Shown one piece after another: positions 1 through 8,143 of a stretch of 64,000 nt of DNA (within the stretch, counting starts at the first letter, position 1; every line of letters starts with the position of its first letter). This stretch comes from Myxococcales bacterium (GTDB lineage: Bacteria > Myxococcota > Myxococcia > Myxococcales > 40CM-4-68-19): assembly GCA_036393835.1 (NCBI GenBank), contig DASWGI010000034.1, positions 6,149 through 70,148 on the forward strand. Direction: 5' to 3'. The notes under the pieces are model-generated. The model saw nothing but the letters and a program-made list of their open reading frames with translations, made no database searches and was not told the DNA's origin. The position numbers and the translations under genes were made by a program.

Positions 1-1
1 G

Positions 2-142
2 GTGCTCGACCAGGTGTTCCCCTTCGGCGAGACGGCCAGGGCGCACGCGCTGATGGCGGCGAACCAGCACAAGGGCAAGATCGGCATCGCCATCCAGTGC
101 GCCGCCGCCGTCGTTCCGCGCGCGGAGGAACAGGCCGCGTGA
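2..142 (+). CDS. 3' end (cut by window edge) of a medium-chain dehydrogenase/reductase-type oxidoreductase
   Basis: The frame is open from the window edge to TGA at 140-142. The translation VLDQVFPFGETARAHALMAANQHKGKIGIAIQ resembles the C-terminal end of zinc-ADH/quinone-oxidoreductase family proteins. Only 46 aa are visible. Confidence 0.45.
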   Translation: MLDQVFPFGETARAHALMAANQHKGKIGIAIQCAAAVVPRAEEQAA

Positions 143-672
143 CCGGCCCCGAGCGGGGGCCCGCGACTCCCGACCAGGCCCGCGCGGCGATCGAATCCTT
201 CCTGCGCGAGAACCCCGGCCGCTTCGCGCTCCTGCCCGACGACGACGGCCGCGGAGCGCAGCTCCTCGAGGCGGGCACCGGCAAGACGCTGCGCGTGCGC
301 TGGGACGAGATCGCCTTCGCGGCCGTGAAGCAGAACCCGGTCCGGCCGGCGCCGTACCTGGTTCTGGTCTTCGCCGGCGGCCGGCAGGTCGCGCTCGCGG
401 ACGTGGGCTTCGCCTTCGCGCCCTCGACGGCGAGCACGGGTCCGCTCCCCGACCTGCCCGCGACGTTCTGCTTCCGCGACTTCCGCCACCTCGCGTCCGG
501 GGCGGAGGCGCTCCTGGGCGAGGAGGGCCGCGAGCGCGAGGCGGTCGCGGCGGTGCTGCTGGGGATCGCTCTGCTCGACGGAGCGCGCGCCGCCGGGCTC
601 GACGTCTCGCGGGAGGAGCGGGAGCTGGAGGCGCTGCTCCGGCGTTTGGAGGAGCGCGGGGCGCGCGTGTAG
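139..672 (+). CDS. hypothetical protein
   Basis: ORF 97..672. GTG at 139 overlaps the upstream TGA (GTGA), which suggests translational coupling. GC3-rich codon pattern. No motif recognised. Confidence 0.5.
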   Translation: MTGPERGPATPDQARAAIESFLRENPGRFALLPDDDGRGAQLLEAGTGKTLRVRWDEIAFAAVKQNPVRPAPYLVLVFAGGRQVALADVGFAFAPSTASTGPLPDLPATFCFRDFRHLASGAEALLGEEGREREAVAAVLLGIALLDGARAAGLDVSREERELEALLRRLEERGARV

Positions 673-686
673 GAAAAAAAGCACGG

Positions 687-706
687 CGCCGCCCTATCCG
701 GCGGCG
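687..706 (+). terminator. GC stem-loop CGCCGCC-ctatcc-GGCGGCG just after the stop of 139..672; hairpin-only relative of the intergenic repeat family
   Basis: A 7-bp perfect stem with a 6-nt loop containing TAT lies 15 nt after TAG 670-672. The stem sequence matches the hairpins at 6044, 9527, 29290 and 55196. There is no clear U-tract. Confidence 0.35.
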
Positions 707-740
707 GCCGTACCGTACAAAAACGTACGCCCAATCCTGC

Positions 741-768
741 TTGACAATCGTTTTGCTTTTGCTAACTG
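741..768 (+). promoter_or_regulatory. sigma70-like promoter candidate TTGACA-N16-TAACTG upstream of 837..1220
   Basis: TTGACA at 741-746 and TAACTG at 763-768 sit inside the only AT-rich island (about 672-790) of this region, 70 nt upstream of the ATG at 837. Confidence 0.35.
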
Positions 769-836
769 TACGCGCGGCCGAACGGCGCGATGCGCACCGG
801 CTTTGTTGCTAAGACTTTACGGAATCGGGAGGACCG

Positions 837-1220
837 ATGGCGCGCGGTCGCGGTCGTCGAAACCAAGGGATGGGCGCGTGGGTGCAGAACCTCGGCGAGC
901 AGATCGGCTCGCAGCTGGGCCAGATCATCGCCGAGAGCGTGCAGCGCTCGCTGCAGAGCACGATCGACGTGGGCGACATCGCTCGCCAGCTGGGCGTCGG
1001 CGGCCGCGGCCGAGGCCGGCGCGGCGGGGCGCGCGCCGTCTGCAGCGTGGCTGGATGCGGCCGCCCGGTGCTCGCCAAGGGATTGTGCCGCTCCCATTAC
1101 TACCGGGCACGCTACCGCGCGCAGAAGGCCGGCACGCTGCAACCCAAGCGCCGCGGCCGCCGCGCCTCGCGCAAGAAGTCGGGCGGCGAGTCCAGCGCCA
1201 GCGAGGCGTCGGCGTCGTAA
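837..1220 (+). CDS. small basic protein with CX4C...CX2H zinc-finger-like motif
   Basis: 127-aa ORF with an ATG start and GGAGG at 829-833. It contains the motif CSVAGCGRPVLAKGLCRSHYYRARY, which resembles the Cys/His loop often seen N-terminal to HNH-type proteins, followed by an Arg/Lys-rich tail. Confidence 0.6.
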   Translation: MARGRGRRNQGMGAWVQNLGEQIGSQLGQIIAESVQRSLQSTIDVGDIARQLGVGGRGRGRRGGARAVCSVAGCGRPVLAKGLCRSHYYRARYRAQKAGTLQPKRRGRRASRKKSGGESSASEASAS

Positions 1221-1264
1221 GCCGCCTCTTTCGGCCGCGGTGATCTGTTGTAGAGTCGGCGCGG

Positions 1265-2854
1265 ATGCAATTCATCTGCGAAAGCTGCAAGGCGCATCTA
1301 ATAGTCGCGGACGAGAAGATCCGGGGCAAGCGGCTCATCGTCCGCTGCAAGCGGTGCGGTGTGCAGATCCGCATCGTCGATCCCGCGCTCTTGCCGTCCC
1401 AGTCCGGCGGCAGGCCGCCCACCGGGCCGATCCGTACCTCGCCGGGGGCGCCCTCGCCGGCCGGCGGAACGTCGCAGTCGGGCGGCCGGCCCGCCACGGG
1501 GCCCGTCCGGACCTCGCAATCGGGTGGCAGGCCGTCCGCCGGACCGGTGGCGCGCGCGGCCGCGCCCCGGCGCGACACGGACACCGAGAGCACGCGCGCG
1601 ATGGACAGCGAGGTGCTGGAGAAGGCGCTGCGCGCCAGCAAGGGCGAAGGAGCCGCGCCTCCCTCCCCGGCGCCGCCCGCCCCGCGCAGCGCGCCGCCTC
1701 CGCCGCCGCGCGATCCGGCGGTCTGGTTCGCGATGATCCAGGGCAATCAGGCGGGCCCGATCACGCGCGCGGAGCTGGCCCTCAAGGCGTCGGCGGGCCA
1801 GGTGGGTCCGCGCACGTACCTGTGGAAGGATGGGATGGAGTCCTGGATCCGGGCGAAGGACGTGCCCGAGTTCGTCCCGCTCTTCGCGGCGCCGCCGGCG
1901 CCGCCCCCGCCGCCGCGGGACGAGGCGCCCGCCGCGCAGCGGCCGGAGGCGCGGGAGCGGCGCGTCGAGCTGCCGTTCGAATCGGCCGCCGGGCACGTCA
2001 CGCCGCCCTCCGCCGGGCACGTCACGCCGCCCTCCGCCGAGCCCGTCCCGGCTCCCGCGGCCGGAGTGGAGGTCGAGGAATCCGCCTCGCCCGACGCACC
2101 GACGCCGCCCGGTGGAATGCGGATCCCCGAGGAGGCCGGGTCGGCCGCCGCGCCGGGGCAGCCCGAGGCGGACCAGCCCGCGGCCGGCGACTCCGCCGCC
2201 TTGGCGCCGGGTGCGCTGGACCTGGCGCGGTGGGGAGCGGCCGAGCTGTCCAAACCTCGCGCGCAGACGCCGACGCCTCTCCCCAAGGCGGCCCCGCCCC
2301 CGGCGACGGCCCGCGAGTTCCGGATCGGCCAGCCCGAGCGGCGTGCTCCCCTCCGCGCGCTGCTGGTGGTGCTGGCGCTGGCGGGCGCGCTCCTCGCCTT
2401 CGCGCTCCTCTCCGAACGCAAGGACCGGGCGTCCGATCCGGCGCAGCAGGGCACCGCGCCGAGCGGCACCGCGCAGACGCCCACTCCCGCGGACGGCGAG
2501 CGCAAGCCGGAGGAGAAGCCCGCGGCGACCGCTCCCGGCGACCCGCCCGCCGCCGCGCCGGCGCTCAGCCCGGACGAGCTGAAGCGCAAGGTCGACGAGA
2601 GCAAGCCCGTCCTGCAGGGCTGCGTCGACGAAGCGGTCAAGCGGGACCCCTCGCTGCAGGTCGGCAAGATCCTCATCTCGACCACCATCGCCCCTTCCGG
2701 CGCGGTGACGAGCGCCCGGATCGACCAGAAGGCGGTCGACCAGAGCCCGCTGGGCGCGTGCCTCAAATCGGCCGCCCGCCGGATGCAGTTCCCGCCCTTC
2801 GCGGGCGAGCCGTTCGCGGTCGACATCCCCATCGTCGTCACGGGCGCGCCTTGA
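1265..2854 (+). CDS. AgmX/GltJ-like protein: N-terminal MJ0042-type zinc ribbon, GYF domain, Pro-rich linkers, one TM helix, TonB-C/AgmX-PglI-type C-terminal domain
   Basis: MQFICESCKAHL...RCKRCG forms a CxxC...CxxC ribbon. PAVWFAMIQGNQAGPITRAELALK...YLWKDGMESW is GYF-like. The TM helix is LRALLVVLALAGALLAFALL. The C-terminal LQGCVDEAV...FPPFAGEPFAVDIPIVV resembles the AgmX/PglI C-terminal domain. Confidence 0.75.
   Translation: MQFICESCKAHLIVADEKIRGKRLIVRCKRCGVQIRIVDPALLPSQSGGRPPTGPIRTSPGAPSPAGGTSQSGGRPATGPVRTSQSGGRPSAGPVARAAAPRRDTDTESTRAMDSEVLEKALRASKGEGAAPPSPAPPAPRSAPPPPPRDPAVWFAMIQGNQAGPITRAELALKASAGQVGPRTYLWKDGMESWIRAKDVPEFVPLFAAPPAPPPPPRDEAPAAQRPEARERRVELPFESAAGHVTPPSAGHVTPPSAEPVPAPAAGVEVEESASPDAPTPPGGMRIPEEAGSAAAPGQPEADQPAAGDSAALAPGALDLARWGAAELSKPRAQTPTPLPKAAPPPATAREFRIGQPERRAPLRALLVVLALAGALLAFALLSERKDRASDPAQQGTAPSGTAQTPTPADGERKPEEKPAATAPGDPPAAAPALSPDELKRKVDESKPVLQGCVDEAVKRDPSLQVGKILISTTIAPSGAVTSARIDQKAVDQSPLGACLKSAARRMQFPPFAGEPFAVDIPIVVTGAP
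1988..2035 (+). repeat. perfect 2 x 24-bp in-frame tandem duplication (AGHVTPPS x2) inside the GltJ-like gene
   Basis: gccgggcacgtcacgccgccctcc occurs at 1988-2011 and again, identical, at 2012-2035. Confidence 0.9.
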
Positions 2855-4719
2855 TCGGCGCGCTCGCTGCCGAGCTGCGCTCGGGGCGGGCCGCGCTCTC
2901 GCTGCTGTCCTTGCGGCTCGCCGAGGCGGCGGGGCTGCTCCCGGCGGGGACGTGCGCGCGGATCCCCGATCGGGGCGAGGCGGAGGAGGCGGCGCGCGAG
3001 CTGCGGGCCCGGACGGGCGGCGCGCTGCCGCCCTGGCCGCTGCCGCGAGAGGCCTTTGGGAAGGTTGCGCGCGCGCTGCTCGCCGGCCCTGCGCCGGAGC
3101 CGGAAGCCGCGCCGCCGTGGGCCGGAGGAGGCGGACCGGCGCGCGCCGGCGCCCCCCGGGCGCGGTTCTCCTTCTCGTTCTGCGCCGCGGCGGAAGAGCT
3201 CTTCGCGCTCCACCTCGGCGCGCACGGCAGGCGCTCCGCGGGCCTGTACTACACGCCGGCGGCCGTCGCGGCGGAGGTGGTGGCGCTGGCGTTGCGGCAC
3301 GGCTCCTCGCGATCGCCGTCGCGCGTGCTGGACCCCTGCGCGGGCGCGGGCGCCTTCCTCTGCGCGGCGGCGGCCGCTGTCCCCGCCGCGGCGCTGTCCG
3401 GGGCGGACCTGCACGCGGACGCCCTGCGCGCCGCGCGCGCCGCCCTGGCGCTCCTGGGCGCACGGGCGGAGCTGCGGCGCGCGGATTCGCTGCGGGCACG
3501 GCTGCCGCCCGCGGACCTGCTCGTCGGGAATCCTCCGTACGGGCATGTCGCCGACGCGGCCGAGCGCGCTTTCCTGTTGGACAGGCTGCCCGCGCTCCGC
3601 GGGGGCGAGATCGACCGCTACGCGGCCTTCCTGCTGCGGAGCCTGTCGCTCCTCCGGCCCGGGGGGACGGCGGCGCTCCTGGTCCCCGACACGTGGATGA
3701 CCAACGCCCGCTCCGGCCCATTGCGCGAGGCGGTGCTGGACGCCGCCGACCTCGCGGCGGTGTGCGACCTCGGCAAGCCGTTCGCCGCGGCCAAGGACAC
3801 CCGCGTGCAGGCGGTGGTGCTGGTGCGAAGGACGGCCGGCCGGCGCCCGCCACGGGCCGCGCGGGTGCTGCGCGGGCGCGAGCGGCTCGCCGACGCGCCC
3901 CGCGCCGAGCTGCGCCAAGGCGTCGGGCGCGGGTGGCAGCTCTACCGGAGCGCCGCCGAGCGGCGGCTCTGCGCGGCCCTCGAGGCCGCCGGGGCGCCGC
4001 TCGAAGAGCTGTGCGACGTAGGATACGGCTTGCGCACCGGCGACAACGCGCGCTTCGTGGCGCGGCGGCCGCCGCGTCCGGGGGAGGTCGCGCTGGTGGG
4101 CGGCGAGGACGTGGTGCCCTTCGCGCTCCGCTTGCGTCCCAAGGCGCTGCGCGCTCCCACCGCGCAGCTGCGCGCCCTCGCGGAACGGCAGCTCGGCCGG
4201 CCACGCGTGTGCGTGCAGCGGATCCGGACCAACTCGCGCGCCCCGCACGCGCGCTGGCTCGAGGCGGCGCCCGTTCCACCGGACATGGTGTGCCTCGACT
4301 CGCTGTCCACCCTCTCGTGCGACGACGCCGACCGGCTCTGGGCCCTTCTCGCGGTGCTCGGCAGCGTCGCGCTGCAGCGCTACCACCGGCTCCGCACCAC
4401 CGACGTGAACGTCAAGCCCGCCGTCCTGCGCGAGCTGCCGGTTCCGCGCGCGCTGCTCCAGGCGGGGGCCGCGGGCGCGCTCGCGGGCCTTTCGCGGGCC
4501 CGGGCGGCGGAAGCGGCGGCGGGCGCGCCGCACCTGGCCAGGGCACCGATCGAGGTCGCCGCCCCCGCGCTCGAACGCGCCATCGACGCCGCCGTGTACC
4601 GGCTCTTCGGGCTCGGCGAAGAGAAGGTCGCCGAGGCCGAGCGCGGGTTCTGGGGTCCGCGCTTTCCGGTGGAGTTCCCGAAGCTTGCGCAGGAGTGTCA
4701 GACGCCCCGTGTAGCCTGA
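2851..4719 (+). CDS. N6-adenine DNA methyltransferase, gamma-class (Eco57I/TaqI-like) with TaqI-type C-terminal target-recognition domain
   Basis: This is the C-terminal two thirds of ORF 790..4719. It carries motif X (LYYTPAAV), motif I (VLDPCAGAGAFL) and motif IV (LLVGNPPYG), plus DVGYGLRTGDNARFV typical of TaqI_C-like TRDs. The start is assumed to be TTG 2851, which overlaps the upstream TGA 2852-2854; the start is uncertain. Confidence 0.8.
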   Translation: MIGALAAELRSGRAALSLLSLRLAEAAGLLPAGTCARIPDRGEAEEAARELRARTGGALPPWPLPREAFGKVARALLAGPAPEPEAAPPWAGGGGPARAGAPRARFSFSFCAAAEELFALHLGAHGRRSAGLYYTPAAVAAEVVALALRHGSSRSPSRVLDPCAGAGAFLCAAAAAVPAAALSGADLHADALRAARAALALLGARAELRRADSLRARLPPADLLVGNPPYGHVADAAERAFLLDRLPALRGGEIDRYAAFLLRSLSLLRPGGTAALLVPDTWMTNARSGPLREAVLDAADLAAVCDLGKPFAAAKDTRVQAVVLVRRTAGRRPPRAARVLRGRERLADAPRAELRQGVGRGWQLYRSAAERRLCAALEAAGAPLEELCDVGYGLRTGDNARFVARRPPRPGEVALVGGEDVVPFALRLRPKALRAPTAQLRALAERQLGRPRVCVQRIRTNSRAPHARWLEAAPVPPDMVCLDSLSTLSCDDADRLWALLAVLGSVALQRYHRLRTTDVNVKPAVLRELPVPRALLQAGAAGALAGLSRARAAEAAAGAPHLARAPIEVAAPALERAIDAAVYRLFGLGEEKVAEAERGFWGPRFPVEFPKLAQECQTPRVA

Positions 4720-4740
4720 GCGCAACTTCGGAGGTCGCCG

Positions 4741-6039
4741 ATGACGGCCGTGGGGTTCGCTCTTGCGCTCGGAGTGGGATGCGTCGCGTTCTGCCTCGGC
4801 TGGCTGCTCGCGCTGTCGCGCGCCGGCCGGGGCGAAGCCGGGCTGCAGGACGCGTTGCGGACCGAGTCGGCCCGGTGCGCGGGGTTCGAGGCGGTCTTGC
4901 AGGCGGAACGAAGGGCAGCCGAGGAGAAGGCGAAGTCCTCCGACGAGATGAACGCCCGGTTGCAAGACGCGTTCAAGTCGCTCTCGGTCGACGCGCTGCG
5001 CTCGAACAGGGACGAGTTCCTGCGCGTCGCGCAGCTCTCGATGGAGAAGTTCCAGGAGGCGGCGCGCGGCGACCTGGACCAGCGGCAGAAGGCCATCGCC
5101 GACCTGGTCGTTCCGGTGCGCGAGTCGCTCGACAAGGTGGACGGAAAGGTGCAGGAGCTGGAGAAGTCCCGGGCGGGCGCGTACGCGGCGCTGTGGCAGC
5201 AGGTGAAATCGCTCCACGACGAGACGGGGAAGCTGGCGACCGCGCTGCGGGCGCCCGCGCATCGGGGACGCTGGGCCGAGATCCACCTCCGGCGCGTGGT
5301 CGAGCTCACGGGTCTCTCGGAGCACTGCGACTTCTTCGAGCAGGTCACGGTCGCGGCCGACGGGTCCACCCTGCGGCCCGACATGGTGATCCGGCTGCCG
5401 GCGGGACGGACCGTGCTGGTCGACGCGAAGGCGCCGCTCGGCGCGTACCTCGAGGCCACCCAGGCCTCCGATGAGCCGACGCGAACCGCGCGGCTGCGCG
5501 ACCATGCGGCGCAGGTGCGGCAGCACGTCTTGCAGCTCAGGCGCAAATCCTACTGGGAGAGATTCGAGGACAGCGCCGAGTTCATCGTCATGTACTTGCC
5601 CAACGACGCGCTCCTCGCGGCTGCCCAGGAACAGGACGGCGAGCTGCTCGAGTGGGCGCTGTCGGAGCGCGTGGTGCTCGCCACTCCCGCCACCCTGTTC
5701 GCGCTGCTCCTCACCGTGGCGCACGGCTGGAAGCAGGAGAAGGTCGAGATCAACGCGCGCGAGATCGCCAATCTCGGGCGCGAGCTGCACAAGCGGGTCT
5801 CGGACTCCGCCGCCCACCTGGGCAAGCTGGGGCGCCACATCGAAGGGACGGTTCGCGCGTACAACGACACGGTGGGGTCGCTCGAGCGTCGCGTGCTGCC
5901 CGCGGCGAGGCGGTTCGAGGACCTGCAGGCATCGCACGCGGACGTCGAGATCGAGCCGCTCGTGGCGCTGGAGAGCGCGCCCCGGCCGCTCCTCGCGCCG
6001 GAGCTGACGGCAAAGGAGGTCCCCGAGGACGCGAACTGA
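4741..6039 (+). CDS. rmuC: DNA recombination protein RmuC
   Basis: 432-aa ORF with an N-terminal TM helix, a coiled-coil region and a C-terminal RmuC-type nuclease-fold region (RGRWAEIHLRRVVELTGL, DMVIRLPAGRTVLVDAKAPL, EFIVMYLPNDALL). Confidence 0.9.
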   Translation: MTAVGFALALGVGCVAFCLGWLLALSRAGRGEAGLQDALRTESARCAGFEAVLQAERRAAEEKAKSSDEMNARLQDAFKSLSVDALRSNRDEFLRVAQLSMEKFQEAARGDLDQRQKAIADLVVPVRESLDKVDGKVQELEKSRAGAYAALWQQVKSLHDETGKLATALRAPAHRGRWAEIHLRRVVELTGLSEHCDFFEQVTVAADGSTLRPDMVIRLPAGRTVLVDAKAPLGAYLEATQASDEPTRTARLRDHAAQVRQHVLQLRRKSYWERFEDSAEFIVMYLPNDALLAAAQEQDGELLEWALSERVVLATPATLFALLLTVAHGWKQEKVEINAREIANLGRELHKRVSDSAAHLGKLGRHIEGTVRAYNDTVGSLERRVLPAARRFEDLQASHADVEIEPLVALESAPRPLLAPELTAKEVPEDAN

Positions 6040-6043
6040 CGGC

Positions 6044-6075
6044 CGCCGCCGATAGGGCGGCGCTGCTCTCTTGGA
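6044..6075 (+). repeat. intergenic repeat family, truncated copy (hairpin CGCCGCC-gatag-GGCGGCG + ctgctctcttgg)
   Basis: Starts 5 nt after the rmuC stop. The stem is identical to the other copies. The 3' module is only partly conserved. Confidence 0.6.
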
Positions 6076-6095
6076 CCGGCCTGCCCGGGCCGTCC

Positions 6096-6124
6096 TTGAC
6101 CGTCCCGACCTCGCAAGTTAGCTT
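6096..6124 (+). promoter_or_regulatory. promoter candidate TTGACC-N17-TAGCTT upstream of pyrH
   Basis: TTGACC at 6096-6101 and TAGCTT at 6119-6124, 32 nt before the TTG start at 6157. Confidence 0.3.
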
Positions 6125-6156
6125 CCCGCGGCGCAAGAGCGCGCCGAGGTCGCACC

Positions 6157-6903
6157 TTGCCGGAAAACCCAACGACCACGCGGTTCAAGCGCATCTTGCT
6201 GAAGCTTTCCGGCGAGGCGCTGATGGGGGACAACAAGTACGGCATCTCCCCCAAGGTGCTGGAGCAGGTCGCCGAGGAGATCCGCGACGTCATCGAGCTG
6301 GGCGTCGAGGTCGGCATCGTCATCGGCGGCGGCAACATCTTCCGCGGCGTCTCCGCCTCGACCGAAGGGATGGACCGCGCCAGCGCCGACTACATGGGGA
6401 TGCTGGCCACGGTGATCAACGCGCTGGCCCTGCAGGACTCGCTCGAGAAGCGGGGCGTCTATACCCGCGTGCAGTCGGCCATCGAGATGCAGCAGCTCGC
6501 CGAGCCGTACATCCGCCGCCGCGCGGTGCGCCACCTGGAGAAGGGCAGGGTGGTCATCTTCGCCGCCGGGACGGGTAATCCGTACTTCACCACCGACACC
6601 GCCGCGTCCCTGCGCGCGATGGAGATCCACGCCGAGGTGATCCTCAAGGCCACGAAGGTGGACGGCGTCTACTCGGCCGACCCGGTGAAGGACCCCAGCG
6701 CGGAGCGGTACACGCAGCTCAGCTACCTGGACGTCCTCAAGAGGAACCTCAAGGTGATGGACTCCACCGCCATCTCGCTCTGCATGGACAACGACCTGCC
6801 CATCATCGTCTTCGATCTGGGAGTGCGCGGGAACATCCTCCGCGTGGTGCGGGGCGAGGCGGTGGGGACCACGGTCGGCACGCTCAAGCCGCGCGCCGCC
6901 TGA
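6157..6903 (+). CDS. pyrH: UMP kinase
   Basis: [25 protein letters not shown] and [19 protein letters not shown] are canonical PyrH motifs. TTG start. Confidence 0.95.
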   Translation: MPENPTTTRFKRILLKLSGEALMGDNKYGISPKVLEQVAEEIRDVIELGVEVGIVIGGGNIFRGVSASTEGMDRASADYMGMLATVINALALQDSLEKRGVYTRVQSAIEMQQLAEPYIRRRAVRHLEKGRVVIFAAGTGNPYFTTDTAASLRAMEIHAEVILKATKVDGVYSADPVKDPSAERYTQLSYLDVLKRNLKVMDSTAISLCMDNDLPIIVFDLGVRGNILRVVRGEAVGTTVGTLKPRAA

Positions 6904-6913
6904 GGAGGGCACC

Positions 6914-7477
6914 ATGGGCATGGCAGAGGACGTCATCTCGGACCTGCGCGGGCGCATCGGGAAGACCTTGGACGATCTCCGGCGCGACCTGGCCAAGGTG
7001 CGCACCGGACGCGCCAACCCGCAGCTCCTCGACTCGGTGCGCGTCGAGTACTACGGTACGCCCACGCCGCTCAACCAGGTCGCGAACGTGACGGTGGCCG
7101 ACCCGCGGCTGATCGTCATCAAGCCGTGGGAGAAGTCGATGATCCAGCCCATCGAGAAGGCCATCAACGCGGCCGGGCTGGGGATCAACGCGCTGCCCGA
7201 CGCCGAGGTGGTGCGGGTGCCCATCCCCGCCTTGACCGAGGAGCGCCGGAAGGAATTCGTCAAGATCGTCAAGCAGAAGGGCGAGGAGCACAAGATCGCC
7301 ATCCGCAACGAGCGGCGCGACGCCAAGGAGATGATCGAGGAGCTGGTCAAGGGCGGGGACCTGGCGGAGGACGAGGGAAAGAAGGCGCTGGAGAAGGTGC
7401 AGTCCGAAGTGGACGCCGGCATCAAGAAGGTCGACGAGACGATCGCCGGCAAGGAAAAGGACCTGATGCAGGTCTGA
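6914..7477 (+). CDS. frr: ribosome recycling factor
   Basis: 187 aa with LRRDLAKVRTGRANPQLLD, PWEKS, LTEERRKE and IRNERRDA. GGAGG lies 6 nt upstream, and the gene follows pyrH as usual. Confidence 0.95.
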   Translation: MGMAEDVISDLRGRIGKTLDDLRRDLAKVRTGRANPQLLDSVRVEYYGTPTPLNQVANVTVADPRLIVIKPWEKSMIQPIEKAINAAGLGINALPDAEVVRVPIPALTEERRKEFVKIVKQKGEEHKIAIRNERRDAKEMIEELVKGGDLAEDEGKKALEKVQSEVDAGIKKVDETIAGKEKDLMQV

Positions 7478-7496
7478 AGGCGCGGGGGCTTCCAAC

Positions 7497-8045
7497 GTGG
7501 CTGCGAGGAAGAAAGGGACGGCGAAATCCGGCGGCGGCAGGAGCCTGCTCGAGGCAGCCCGCGAGCACCAGGACGCGCTCCTCGCGGCGGGCCTGCCGTC
7601 GCAGGTGCTGGAGGATCTGGAAACCGCGCTGCGTGGGATGGCGGCGGGCGGTCAGCCGGGCCCCGCGGCGCAGGTGCTGATCCGCGACCTGGGGCGCGAG
7701 GTGGGCGAGATCCAGGCAGCCGTACGCAAGGAGTTCCCCGGGAACGCGGCGTTCCAGTCGGTGTTCAAGGCCGACGCGCCCGTCCCCGGCGAGCCGCGCC
7801 AGCTGCTGGCGCTCGGACGGCTGGTCGCGCGCGAGGCGCCCGACTACTCGGCGAACCTGATCAAGTACGCCATCAATGCCGCCACCGTGAAGCACCTTTC
7901 GTACCTCTGCGACCAGCTGGAAAAAGAGCTGGGCGGAGCGGATCCCGGCTCCGCCGCCAAGGCGGCCGAGGAGCAGATCCGGGCCGCGGCGGCGCGGGCG
8001 TTCAAGGGACGGCCGGAGCTGGCGGCATTCAGTCGACGCCCATAG
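7497..8045 (+). CDS. hypothetical protein
   Basis: 182-aa ORF with a GTG start 19 nt after frr. Coding-like composition. No family recognised. Confidence 0.55.
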   Translation: MAARKKGTAKSGGGRSLLEAAREHQDALLAAGLPSQVLEDLETALRGMAAGGQPGPAAQVLIRDLGREVGEIQAAVRKEFPGNAAFQSVFKADAPVPGEPRQLLALGRLVAREAPDYSANLIKYAINAATVKHLSYLCDQLEKELGGADPGSAAKAAEEQIRAAAARAFKGRPELAAFSRRP

Positions 8046-8092
8046 GGCGGCGCTGCGCTTTCGAAGCGCGGACGTCGCGGCATCCGTCTCAG
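8034..8092 (+). repeat. intergenic repeat family copy (diverged)
   Basis: cgacgccc-ata-gggcggcg hairpin, with the ORF's TAG stop in the loop, followed by ctgcgctttcgaagcgcggacgtcgcggcatccgtctcag. This aligns with the copies at 9524, 15674 and 55196. Confidence 0.6.
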
Positions 8093-8143
8093 ACCCGGCT
8101 GCCCGCTCCCAATCGGGGCCTCGGGCATCTACACTGCTCGGAC

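Noticed and set aside
790-2850. N-terminal about 690 codons of the 1309-aa track ORF 790..4719 (Arg/Ala/Gly/Pro-rich translation)
   Set aside because: It runs in an alternate frame across the well-supported genes 837..1220 and 1265..2854. The translation is low-complexity RAGP-rich, typical of off-frame reading in GC-rich DNA. Only the part from about 2851 onward has methyltransferase motifs.
2851-4719. Classical type II/IIG restriction-modification system
   Set aside because: No nuclease domain precedes the MTase core; there are only about 120 non-nuclease-like residues. No separate REase, S or helicase gene is adjacent. It is therefore reported only as an orphan MTase with a speculative RmuC link.
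1298-5937. Giant antisense ORFs 1298..4279 (993 aa) and 1747..5937 (1396 aa)
   Set aside because: They are antisense to genes with clear motifs (GltJ-like, MTase, RmuC). Their translations are Arg/Pro/Gly-rich with no recognisable domains. They are GC-driven absence of stop codons.
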